NCBI GenBank assembly: GCA_050258615.1
Contig: JBLMZC010000021.1
Span: forward strand, 12,404 to 76,403
DNA: 64,000 nt
Source: Deltaproteobacteria bacterium
Lineage (GTDB): Bacteria > Bacteroidota > Bacteroidia > Chitinophagales > Saprospiraceae
Reading direction: 5' to 3'
Each line of letters begins with the position of its first letter. The stretch's first letter is position 1. A program made the position numbers and the translations under genes. Shown piece by piece: positions 10,389 through 18,993 of this stretch. The notes under the pieces are model-generated. The model did no database searches and was not told the origin of the DNA. It worked only from the letters and a program-made list of their open reading frames with translations.

Positions 10389-11078
10389 CTATTTTATATA
10401 AAATGACAAAACAAGTGAAATATAATTTCCCTGGGTTGAATTATTATAGCTCTCTTCACCATGATACTCAGCAAAACCTTTCCAGTCATTGCTAAATGAA
10501 AAACCATACTTTATAATTGGTGCCATAATAATACGTTCAGTTAATTTCATATCAAGCCCACATCCGAAGTCTATTTTCCAACCCGTATCAAAATATCTGA
10601 TGGTCTCAATATACCTGTATGAACCGTTGAAACCCGGAGACACCTGCAGGAAAAAGCTCTTTGGAAAATAATCACCTCTGGTTGAAAAAGAAGGGCAATC
10701 TTTTTCGTAAGATTTTTTTCTAATTTCAAAAGGATAAATGTTCACGTCGAATTCAAGCCCTGTTGTATGACTGTGGTAACCTGACTGAATATCAGATTTT
10801 TTATATTTTGTATCAGAATATAAGTAGTACAGACCGGGTGTGAATTCAATTCTGTAGTTTTTTAACCGGAACCAGTAATTTATTCCTCCACCATAACTAT
10901 ATCTCAGAAAGTAGAATTCTTTGTCTGTATAATCAGACATTACATCATTCCAGTTAATATAACTCTGCTGATTTCCAATAATATCAATTCCTATCTGTGA
11001 TTTTACTGATATTGCAGAACTAAAAAATAAAAAACCTAAAAAAAAACACTTAATGCGTGGATTCAAGGATTTTGTCAT
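10389..11078 (-). CDS. Outer-membrane beta-barrel protein (hypothetical)
   Basis: Signal peptide, alternating aromatic/Gly-rich strands and a C-terminal aromatic residue. Lies 8 bp upstream of the LD-carboxypeptidase gene. Confidence 0.5.
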   Translation of the reverse strand: MTKSLNPRIKCFFLGFLFFSSAISVKSQIGIDIIGNQQSYINWNDVMSDYTDKEFYFLRYSYGGGINYWFRLKNYRIEFTPGLYYLYSDTKYKKSDIQSGYHSHTTGLEFDVNIYPFEIRKKSYEKDCPSFSTRGDYFPKSFFLQVSPGFNGSYRYIETIRYFDTGWKIDFGCGLDMKLTERIIMAPIIKYGFSFSNDWKGFAEYHGEESYNNSTQGNYISLVLSFYIK

Positions 11079-11313
11079 ATTAAATAAAATAAAAATGAAT
11101 AAAAATATAAAAATAAGCAGATTTACGATTTTTCATTAAAAAATCTCGGATATTTTATAAAATGGCAAAAATCAATTCGTGAATTAAATCTCACTTTTTA
11201 ACAAGATAATGGCTAAATTTGAATGGAAATTCCTATTTAAGGATTAATTTTGCTGATTATTCTCTCATGGATATTGTAAGGGGATTCAGATAAATTTAAA
11301 TTAAATAAGATCA

Positions 11314-11730
11314 ATGAAAAATACTTTTGATTTGATGGCAAGGGTATTTATTGCCATTTTATTCTATTATGAAGCACTTGATTCATTCTGGTACTTTGAA
11401 AAAACTAAGGAAACAATGAGCATTTACGGGCTCACCTGGAGGCAGGATCTTTTGCTATCTCTGACTATTGCAGCTCTCATAATTGGTGCCACTCTGGTAT
11501 TAATCGGATATTATTCCAATTTCGGGGCCTTTTTGCTATTATTATATATTGTACCTACAACTTTCATTATTTTTTCATTCTGGAATGACCCTGTGGTAGT
11601 AAGAAGAATTCAGATGATCAATTTTATGAGAAACCTGGCAATTATCGGTGCACTACTTTTGCTTATAGTAAACAAACCGGGGAGTTACAGTGTTAAATCT
11701 TTGATCTATACTTTGAGATTGCCCAGTTAA
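11314..11730 (+). CDS. DoxX-family membrane protein
   Basis: 138 aa with four predicted TM helices. The N-terminal ARVFIAILFYYEALD pattern is typical of DoxX. Confidence 0.55.
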   Translation: MKNTFDLMARVFIAILFYYEALDSFWYFEKTKETMSIYGLTWRQDLLLSLTIAALIIGATLVLIGYYSNFGAFLLLLYIVPTTFIIFSFWNDPVVVRRIQMINFMRNLAIIGALLLLIVNKPGSYSVKSLIYTLRLPS

Positions 11731-11769
11731 TTATGAATTCCGGTTTTCGAATAATTTATAAAGGCTGCC

Positions 11770-12459
11770 ATGAATTATAAATGGTTATTGTTTGACGCTG
11801 ATAACACTCTATTCGATTTTACATTTTCACAGAGAAAAGCTTTGGAAAATAGCTTTGCGCAATATCATCTCGAATACCAGGATAAAATATTTGAAGAATT
11901 TGTTAAGATCAATCTCGATATTTGGACAGCTTATGACAGGAATGAGATGACACATCAGGAAATCAAGCATGAAAGATTCAACAGATTATTTAAAATCCAT
12001 GACATTGAAGGAGTTGATATTGATGAGTTCAATGATTTTTTTATTGATCAACTTATTGCAAATTCCAAATTACTTGAAGGAGCCGAAGAAATACTCACTT
12101 ACCTGCATGGAAAAGCCAAAGTAGCATTGATCACAAATGGAATGAAGGAAGTGCAAAGGCCAAGATATGAACAATGCAGATTAAAGCATATTTTTGATGA
12201 TGTCTTCATTTCAGGTGAATTGGGAATGTCAAAACCCAATCATGAGTTTTTCAGACACGTACATGAACAGACAGGTTATCAAAATAAAGAACAATATCTG
12301 GTAATAGGTGACAATCTCATAGCAGATGTCAAAGGAGGCAAAGATTATGGTTTCCGCACATGTTGGTTCAATATATTAAATGACCGGCATGCTGAAAATA
12401 AAGATGCAGATTATATCATTACCAGACTTGAAGAACTGATCGATATCGTATCAAAATAA
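11770..12459 (+). CDS. HAD-superfamily hydrolase, YjjG-like nucleotidase subfamily
   Basis: HAD motif I LLFDADNTLFDF, motif II ITNG, and motif IV GDNLIADVKGG. Confidence 0.7.
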   Translation: MNYKWLLFDADNTLFDFTFSQRKALENSFAQYHLEYQDKIFEEFVKINLDIWTAYDRNEMTHQEIKHERFNRLFKIHDIEGVDIDEFNDFFIDQLIANSKLLEGAEEILTYLHGKAKVALITNGMKEVQRPRYEQCRLKHIFDDVFISGELGMSKPNHEFFRHVHEQTGYQNKEQYLVIGDNLIADVKGGKDYGFRTCWFNILNDRHAENKDADYIITRLEELIDIVSK

Positions 12460-12472
12460 AAAAAATCAGCTG

Positions 12473-13165
12473 ATGGAAATAATTGGACTGGATATCAGGA
12501 ATATAATTGAATTGAAAAATGCTAATATTCAGCAAGGTGACAGGATAATATTAGAAAATGTAGCTCTTACAATAAAAGAAGCTGAATTTACGTATTTGGT
12601 CGGTGACACAGGAAGTGGAAAAAGCAGCTTGCTGAAAACAATTTATGGTGATTTACCTTTGAAAAAAGGTACAGGGATAGTGCTTGAGCAGAACCTGGCT
12701 GAATTAAATTACAAGAACAAATATATCTTCAGAAGAAAAATGGGAATGATATTCCAGAATTTCAACCTGATAACCAGCTGGACTGTATATCAAAATCTGG
12801 ATTACAGTCTCAGGGCTCTGGACTGGCCGGATAAAGATATAAGGCACAATCGGATAAAAGAGATAGTATTTGAAGTGGGCCTGGCAAAAAAACTTCAGAA
12901 CAGGATATTTGAATTATCAGGTGGGGAACAGCAGAGGGTAGCTATCAGCAGGGCATTGCTCAACAAACCTGATTTGCTGATTGCTGACGAACCAACCGGA
13001 AATCTTGACAAAAACTCAACAAATGAGCTGATGTACCTGATAAAAAAAATTGCTACCGAGAGTCAGACTGCTGTAGTATTTGCCACTCATGATTACAACA
13101 TAATAGAAAAATTTCCGGCCCTGACATATCTCTGCAAGGATGGCAGACTAATGTTTCAGGACTAA
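12473..13165 (+). CDS. ftsE: ABC ATPase, FtsE-like cell-division ATP-binding protein
   Basis: Walker A GDTGSGKSS, signature LSGGEQQRVAISRAL, Walker B LLIADEPTGNLD. Size is about 230 aa. Confidence 0.7.
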   Translation: MEIIGLDIRNIIELKNANIQQGDRIILENVALTIKEAEFTYLVGDTGSGKSSLLKTIYGDLPLKKGTGIVLEQNLAELNYKNKYIFRRKMGMIFQNFNLITSWTVYQNLDYSLRALDWPDKDIRHNRIKEIVFEVGLAKKLQNRIFELSGGEQQRVAISRALLNKPDLLIADEPTGNLDKNSTNELMYLIKKIATESQTAVVFATHDYNIIEKFPALTYLCKDGRLMFQD

Positions 13166-13319
13166 ACTGAAAAGTTTTACCATAAATTTTTCTGTTTTCA
13201 GGCAGTCAATATTCTTATTTATTACGGACAAAATAATAATACATCCATACATCGCCTTCGTTATTGGTAGACTCCCGGGAGTATGCTTTTTTTTAATAAT
13301 CTTTTGCACCACTTCCATC

Positions 13320-13355
13320 AAAACCTTATAGGTTTCCTAAAACCTATAAGGTTTT
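13320..13355. repeat. REP-like perfect hairpin (AAAACCTTATAGGTTT / AAACCTATAAGGTTTT)
   Basis: About 16-bp perfect inverted repeat with a 3-nt loop. The same arm sequence recurs at 57494-57528. Confidence 0.8.
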
Positions 13356-13542
13356 GAAGCACCTAAAGTTTTCAATTTCAGTCACTTTGGAACAGTTTTT
13401 GTCGTTTTATCTTTGTAATTATTTTTTTTAACGTTATAAATCATTTTTAAGATGAAAAAACAAAATTTTTTAGATCAAATTACCCCCCCCCTTTATGGGT
13501 AAATAGCTGTATAACAGCACATTACGATTAGCGGTTTTTAGC

Positions 13543-15378
13543 ATGTTGATTTTATCTTCTTTTTTCTTGTTCAATGCATGCAATAAGGATAGGGAACTAT
13601 TGAATGATTCTGTCGTTAGTCTAAGAAGCGATGCTGTAGCTTATAATCTGAATGGATTGGCATTAGAATTTTTTAACTGGTATAATCTGCAAAAACCACA
13701 TGTGAACTTTGAAGATGCTAATTATGGATTCGTGCCTTTTACATTTGAAATAGACTGGAGCAGTGGATCCATGTTGAATGTATATGGTTATAATTCTTTA
13801 GCATTCAATGTATTAAACAATCCGACCGATTCGAACTTATATATCCGCAACCAGATTTTGTTTGTAAAAAATGGAAATATAATTGAAATAAAAACGCTAT
13901 CATATGTTGCAGATGAAGATTTTTATAATGATTTAGTTTTAATACCAAGTATAATCAATTTTACAGGTTTTGTACTTGAATCATCAGGAAGTCAAAATCT
14001 TATCGATAAAATACATAGAGTATTTTATGGAAAATTATATAAAACAATTATACCTCCACCAGATTTAAACTTAAATCCTATTGTTCCAAAGGCTGATAAT
14101 AATAAAAATTTATCAATGCACCTAAGAGGTGACCCTCAGCCAGAAGAGTGTGACGATTTTTTTAAAAGGAAAACATGGCTTGGCTGATTATGGGATTCAT
14201 TTACTGATTGGCTTAATAGTGGGTCAGGAGATTATGAATGGTGGAAATGGCCTGGTGCAAATTATGGAGAAGGTTTTGGGTGGCCTTTTTGGTCTGGAGG
14301 AACAAGTGGTTCTGGTGGTGGTGGTGGAAATACTAAAATTGATCCATGAGATAATCCGAAGTCTTTAGCTAATTCTGCTTGCATTGATGCTAATTACGGA
14401 TTACTACAGAGCGTATTTCCAGAAATTTTTGATTCTAATTATTTTCCTGATTTTTGTAATACCGGTACAGGAGATGAATTTAATATTAAATTTGCATTAT
14501 CATTATTTTGTTCAAAAAATAACAACAGTATTAATCTTGGTACAGAGGAAGATTTAAATGCATTTAAAAGCTTTGTTTATGAAAGAAAGAAAAAAAGAAT
14601 CCTTATAGCTCTCAATTGGTGCAAGGAATGTAAGGATAAATTTTCAGAAATTGAAGATTCGTATGGTATTGATATTTCACAGGATATAATGATACAGACT
14701 TTATGGAGCCTCGGCAGTTGTGCCAATAAAGGTTCATTGGAATATGTGGCCATCCAATTGATGGTGAGAGAATGTCTTGGTGAGTTTTATAACCTGCTGC
14801 CACAGCTTGGTATTACCGATTTGCAATCTCAGATTGATCTCTGCAATGGTAGTGATGGAGGTGTATTGCCAGATTGCGAGGGCTGTTCGGTGGGTGAAAA
14901 GCAAATTGTTTGGGGCGATCATTTAAGGGCGAGAGAAATGTTGCAATGTGCTATTGATAAATTAGAAGGCTATAATGGTGAAACGCCTTTAAAAGTAAAA
15001 AATGAAATGATGATAAACTTTGGTGGTGAATATAGTAAAGAATTAGCAGATTTATTAAAATTTATCTTAAAAGTAATTAAATTTAGATCAAGCCTTTGCG
15101 ATTATCAAGCAAGTGATGATTGCCCTTCAGGTGTGCTCGCAAGGAGTTATCGATTTTTGCAAGTTACAAAAGTTGAATTATGTAGACCAAATTACTGGAA
15201 TGGAAATGATAGAGATCGAAGTAAAACATTAATACATGAATGGATGCACCTATATTATGGAGCAGATGACTTTGCTTATGCCTGGCAATGGCCAAAATAT
15301 AGTCAATTATCGGCTGTGAAACAGTTTTTAAATGCAGACTCTTTTGCTGAATTTGTAAAATGGGTATGCAATGAATAA
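13543..15378 (+). pseudogene. Lipoprotein with C-terminal aspzincin (M35-like) metalloprotease domain; frame interrupted by two in-frame TGA codons (14185-14187, 14347-14349)
   Basis: Frame 1 is open from 13543 to 15378 except for the two TGA codons. The segments 14188-14346 (53 codons) and 14350-14688 (113 codons) have no ATG/GTG/TTG start yet stay stop-free in AT-rich DNA. The N-terminus MLILSSFFLFNAC has a lipobox. The C-terminus carries TLIHEWMHLYYGADDFAYA (HExxH plus a GTxDxxYG-like motif) and NADSFAEF. Confidence 0.55.
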
Positions 15379-15739
15379 ATTAACAATCTTACTTCTTTTC
15401 TTATTTTCAGGATGTATCATTGAAGAAATAGGATTTCCTGAGAAAGAGATTTGGATAAAGTGCAGGCAAGAATTAAATACTTATGTTAAATGGGGAATTG
15501 CGCAAGATGTGAAAAAACTAGATTCATTCAAAATTGTACAAGCATATTTTGAAGAGGCACAAGGTGGACAAAAACGTTTATTAGGAAAGATTATTAAAGA
15601 AACTACAAATGCTTATAAAGTGAAAAGGTTTTTTCTTTATGAAAAAGATCAATTAAAAAAATCTTTTTCTGTCGATGAAATAATGACGTTTAAAACTGAA
15701 AAGATTGATTCGATGACAGTGTATATTGTTCCAGATTGA
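15371..15739 (+). CDS. Small lipoprotein, overlaps the metalloprotease gene end by 8 nt
   Basis: MNKLTILLLFLFSGCIIEE has a lipobox. The ATGAATAA overlap with the upstream stop suggests translational coupling. Confidence 0.55.
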   Translation: MNKLTILLLFLFSGCIIEEIGFPEKEIWIKCRQELNTYVKWGIAQDVKKLDSFKIVQAYFEEAQGGQKRLLGKIIKETTNAYKVKRFFLYEKDQLKKSFSVDEIMTFKTEKIDSMTVYIVPD

Positions 15740-15790
15740 ATTTATTTTTTACTATTGTGAAGCGTGGGCTACAAAGCATACACTTAATTA

Positions 15791-15819
15791 AGCGTAGGCT
15801 CTTTGTCTACGCTTTTTTT
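15791..15819 (+). terminator. Rho-independent terminator
   Basis: AGCGTAG-gctctttgt-CTACGCT followed by a T7 run, about 50 nt after the 15739 stop. Confidence 0.6.
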
Positions 15820-15868
15820 CAATAATTCTTATGCATTTTTGCATAAATCAATTATCTTTGATTGAAAA

Positions 15869-15972
15869 TTAGAGTGGGTTGATTAACGGCTTAGGCTTGA
15901 GCTTAGGCCGAACAAGGAAATTTAGAGTATGTTGATTAAAGCCTGGCTGGAGTCTAAGCCGAACAGGGGGAA
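15869..15972. repeat. Two tandem ~52-bp units plus a partial third
   Basis: ttagagtgggttgattaacggcttaggcttgagcttaggccgaacaaggaaa is followed by tttagagtatgttgattaaagcctggctggagtctaagccgaacagggggaa, then gtgggtta. Confidence 0.6.
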
Positions 15973-16021
15973 GTGGGTTAAAAGAAAATGGTATATTTAA
16001 AAAAGAAATGGTGAGAAAAAT

Positions 16022-16053
16022 AAAAAACCCCGGCAAATGACCGGGGTTTTTTT
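16022..16053 (-). terminator. Bidirectional rho-independent terminator downstream of the pyrophosphatase gene
   Basis: AAAAAA-CCCCGG-caaatga-CCGGGG-TTTTTTT, 26 nt beyond the 16079 stop. Confidence 0.7.
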
Positions 16054-16078
16054 ATTACAAATATCACATTTGAAGGTA

Positions 16079-18499
16079 TTAATCTTTGATTCTCATCTTA
16101 TAGAATGATCTGTAAACAAAGTACAGAGCTACTGCAAAGAAAACAATCCCAATATAATGGGCCACTTCTCTGAAATGAACAGAAATAGCTATTTCCATTG
16201 CCAGAAGTCCGAACAATGTAGTGAATTTTATGATAGGATTGAGTGCAACTGATGATGTGTCTTTGAATGGGTCTCCGACTGTGTCACCTATGACTGATGC
16301 AGCATGCAATTCTGTTCCTTTTTCCTTCATATCAACTTCAATTACCTTTTTGGCATTGTCCCAGGCTCCTCCCGCATTGGCCATGAATACAGCCTGAAAT
16401 AGCCCAAAGAATGCAATTGATATTAGATAACTTACAAATAATGAAACCGGAGCAGCATATTTGAGTTTTTCTTCAGGTGTCATGCCATCTGTCAGGCCTG
16501 CAGGCGCTGAAAGGAAGGCAAATGCAAGTGCAAAGGAGAATATTGCAATGAAAATATTGAGCATACCTTTCTGTGCATAAACCGTACAAATCTGAACAAC
16601 CTCCTTTGATTTTTCAACATCAGCCTTTTTTGGAGCATTAGGATCAAGATTTATATGCTTTTTGATATATGCAACTGCACGGCTTGCACCGGTAGATACT
16701 GCCTGGATTGAAGCACCGGAGAACCAGTAAATAACCGCACCACCAAGCAGAAATCCGAAGATAGAATAAGGGTTCAATAAATTGAGAACTTCTTCTGGTT
16801 TGATGCCAAGTGAATGTTGTATTACGAGTATCAGCGAAAAGATCATAGTTGTGGCTCCTACTACCGCTGTACCTATCAGTACAGGTTTAGCTGTAGCCTT
16901 GAAAGTATTTCCTGCTCCGTCATTTGCTTCAAGATAATGTTTTGATTTTTCAAAATCAGGAACAAATCCAAAATCTTTTTCAATTTCCTTTTTTACATTG
17001 GGCACTTCTTCGATCAGAGAAAGTTCGTAGATTGATTGCGCATTATCGGTTACCGGACCATAACTGTCAACAGCAATCGTCACAGGTCCCATACCGAGCA
17101 TACCAAAAGCTACAAGACCAAAAGCAAAAATAGAAGGATATATCATCAGGTCTCCCAGACCCTGAGTACTTGCAAAGTAAGCTATGCCCATCAGTAAGAA
17201 AAATACCATTCCTTTCCAGAATGCGCTGAAATTACCTGCAACAAGACCTGAAAGAATATTGAGCGAAGGGCCTCCTTCCTTTGATGCCTGTACTACTTCC
17301 TTCACATGTCCTGATTTAGGACTTGTAAATATCTTTGTAAATTCAGGAATCAGAGCAGCTCCAAGAGTACCGGCACTGATAATAGTGGAGAGTACAATCC
17401 AAAGATTGTTCTGAAGGTCACCGATTAGCAGATAACTGATGACGAAAGTAACGATTATTGAAACTATTGATGTAATCCAGACCAGATTTGTCAATGGTAC
17501 TTCAAAATCAAGATCATCAGCATTTCCATATTTTGCCTGACTGATAGCCCTGTTGATATAAAATGACAAAATTGATGTAACAATCATCAGAATACGCATA
17601 ACAAAAATCCAAACCAGCAGCTGAGTCTGTAGTGAAGGATCTGTTATAGCTAGAAGAATAAATGAGATCAGAGCTACTCCTGTCACACCATATGTTTCAA
17701 ATCCGTCAGCTGTCGGGCCCACTGAGTCACCGGCATTGTCTCCAACACAGTCAGCAATAGTACCGGGATTCCTTGGATCATCCTCACCTATTTTAAATAT
17801 AACTTTCATGAGGTCGGAACCTATGTCAGCAATTTTCGTGAAGATACCTCCGGCAATTCTCAATGCAGAAGCACCCAACGATTCACCAATCGCAAAACCA
17901 ATGAAGCTTGCACCTGCATATTCTCCTGGTACAAACATCAATATGATAAGCATCATTACCAGTTCAAGTGATATCAGTACCACACCAATGCTCATACCTG
18001 CATTCAATGGGATATTGAGAAGTTTGATCGGTTTTCTTTCCAGTGATGTAAAAGCCATTCTAGAATTGGCTAATGTATTCATCCTGATTCCAAACCATGC
18101 AACTGAATAAGATCCCAAAATACCTATAACAGTCCAGGCGAGGATCATCATTACGGCACCGAATCCAAAATTGGCCTCAGATAAGAATCCAAAGTAAAAA
18201 GCAACTGCCGTACCAATAAAAATGAATAAAATAGCAAGGAATTTACCCTGCTGGATCAGATATGTCTTACCGGTTTCATAAATAACCTCTGCTACATCAA
18301 GCATTGACTTGTGTGCACGGAGTTTTTTTACATTGAGAAACTGGAAAAATCCAAATCCCAGACCCAGAATTGTAATCAAAAATCCCCAGTATAATACACT
18401 TTGATTTTTAACATCATCCGGAATTACAAGGTCTGCCTCACTTGCTAAAGCCAGAAAAGGCATAAACAATACTGTAAAAAATGTAAATAATTTTTTCAT
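16079..18499 (-). CDS. hppA: Membrane-bound ion-translocating pyrophosphatase (long, divergent form)
   Basis: Polytopic protein of 806 aa. mPPase motifs GDNAGDSVGPTADGFETYG, GGAWDNAKK and GDTVGDPFKDTSSVALNPIIKF. Confidence 0.85.
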   Translation of the reverse strand: MKKLFTFFTVLFMPFLALASEADLVIPDDVKNQSVLYWGFLITILGLGFGFFQFLNVKKLRAHKSMLDVAEVIYETGKTYLIQQGKFLAILFIFIGTAVAFYFGFLSEANFGFGAVMMILAWTVIGILGSYSVAWFGIRMNTLANSRMAFTSLERKPIKLLNIPLNAGMSIGVVLISLELVMMLIILMFVPGEYAGASFIGFAIGESLGASALRIAGGIFTKIADIGSDLMKVIFKIGEDDPRNPGTIADCVGDNAGDSVGPTADGFETYGVTGVALISFILLAITDPSLQTQLLVWIFVMRILMIVTSILSFYINRAISQAKYGNADDLDFEVPLTNLVWITSIVSIIVTFVISYLLIGDLQNNLWIVLSTIISAGTLGAALIPEFTKIFTSPKSGHVKEVVQASKEGGPSLNILSGLVAGNFSAFWKGMVFFLLMGIAYFASTQGLGDLMIYPSIFAFGLVAFGMLGMGPVTIAVDSYGPVTDNAQSIYELSLIEEVPNVKKEIEKDFGFVPDFEKSKHYLEANDGAGNTFKATAKPVLIGTAVVGATTMIFSLILVIQHSLGIKPEEVLNLLNPYSIFGFLLGGAVIYWFSGASIQAVSTGASRAVAYIKKHINLDPNAPKKADVEKSKEVVQICTVYAQKGMLNIFIAIFSFALAFAFLSAPAGLTDGMTPEEKLKYAAPVSLFVSYLISIAFFGLFQAVFMANAGGAWDNAKKVIEVDMKEKGTELHAASVIGDTVGDPFKDTSSVALNPIIKFTTLFGLLAMEIAISVHFREVAHYIGIVFFAVALYFVYRSFYKMRIKD

Positions 18500-18699
18500 A
18501 AGATAAACTAATTAAGTTGGTTAATAATATGTTAAATGTTTTAAGGTATCTCCCTAAAAAAAATTAGGGACAAATTTAATAAAAAACTCCAAGGGTGCAT
18601 AATCAATGATTAAGTTTTTAATATAAATATAGAATTATTTTATATTACAAAATCAAATATGTCAATTAAATGGCAACATTTTTTATGATTTCATCTCTG

Positions 18700-18988
18700 G
18701 AAGGGGGAGAGGAGGAATTTATGATTTACGATTTATGATTTACGATTTACGAAGTACGATTTACGAAGTACGATTTACGATTTACGAAGTACGATTTTAA
18801 GTGAAAAGTGAAAAACTAAAAGTGAATAGTTGAAAGTGTAAAGTTAAAAGTAGAAAGTGGGATTGGAATTATAGAACATTGGTAATTAAACCTCAAAACT
18901 ATAATACCATAATACCATAAAACCATAATACCTTCTACCTTCCAACCTTTTACCCTTCAACCCTTTAGCCCTTTTACCCTTTCACCTC
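18700..18988 (+). repeat. Type I mosaic repeat element (GGAGGAATTT, then B words gatttacga, A words gtgaaaagt, F words ataatacc/ttaccctt)
   Basis: Tandem degenerate words in fixed order. The B/A junction acgattttaagtgaaaagtgaaaaactaaaagtgaa also occurs at 41101-41150 (reverse) and 56060-56090. Confidence 0.85.
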
Positions 18989-18993
18989 ATATA

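Noticed and set aside
12473-13165. Missing ftsX partner downstream of ftsE as an anomaly
   Set aside because: The gene is followed by a hairpin and an unrelated accessory locus. To my recollection, unlinked ftsE and ftsX are common in Bacteroidota, so absence here is not informative without the rest of the genome.
14185-14349. Selenocysteine at the two in-frame TGA codons
   Set aside because: The context is a Trp/Gly-rich linker, not a redox-active site. I see no SECIS-like hairpin immediately downstream, and no selenoprotein family matches an aspzincin lipoprotein.
14129-14368. Frame-2 ORF (79 aa) spanning both TGA sites as a real gene
   Set aside because: Its sequence (GLFGLEEQVVLVVVVEILK) derives from the GGT/TGG-rich stretch, which suppresses stops in all frames. 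There is no independent coding evidence. I keep it only as a caveat for a possible frameshift route.
13543-15378. Alternative genetic code (TGA read as Trp or Gly) for the whole genome
   Set aside because: TGA terminates conserved genes at their expected ends (dnaA at 376-378, the MenE-like gene at 2551-2553, hipS at 27650-27652). All long conserved proteins (pyrophosphatase, GRE, parC, pntAB) are full length under the standard code with no internal TGA.
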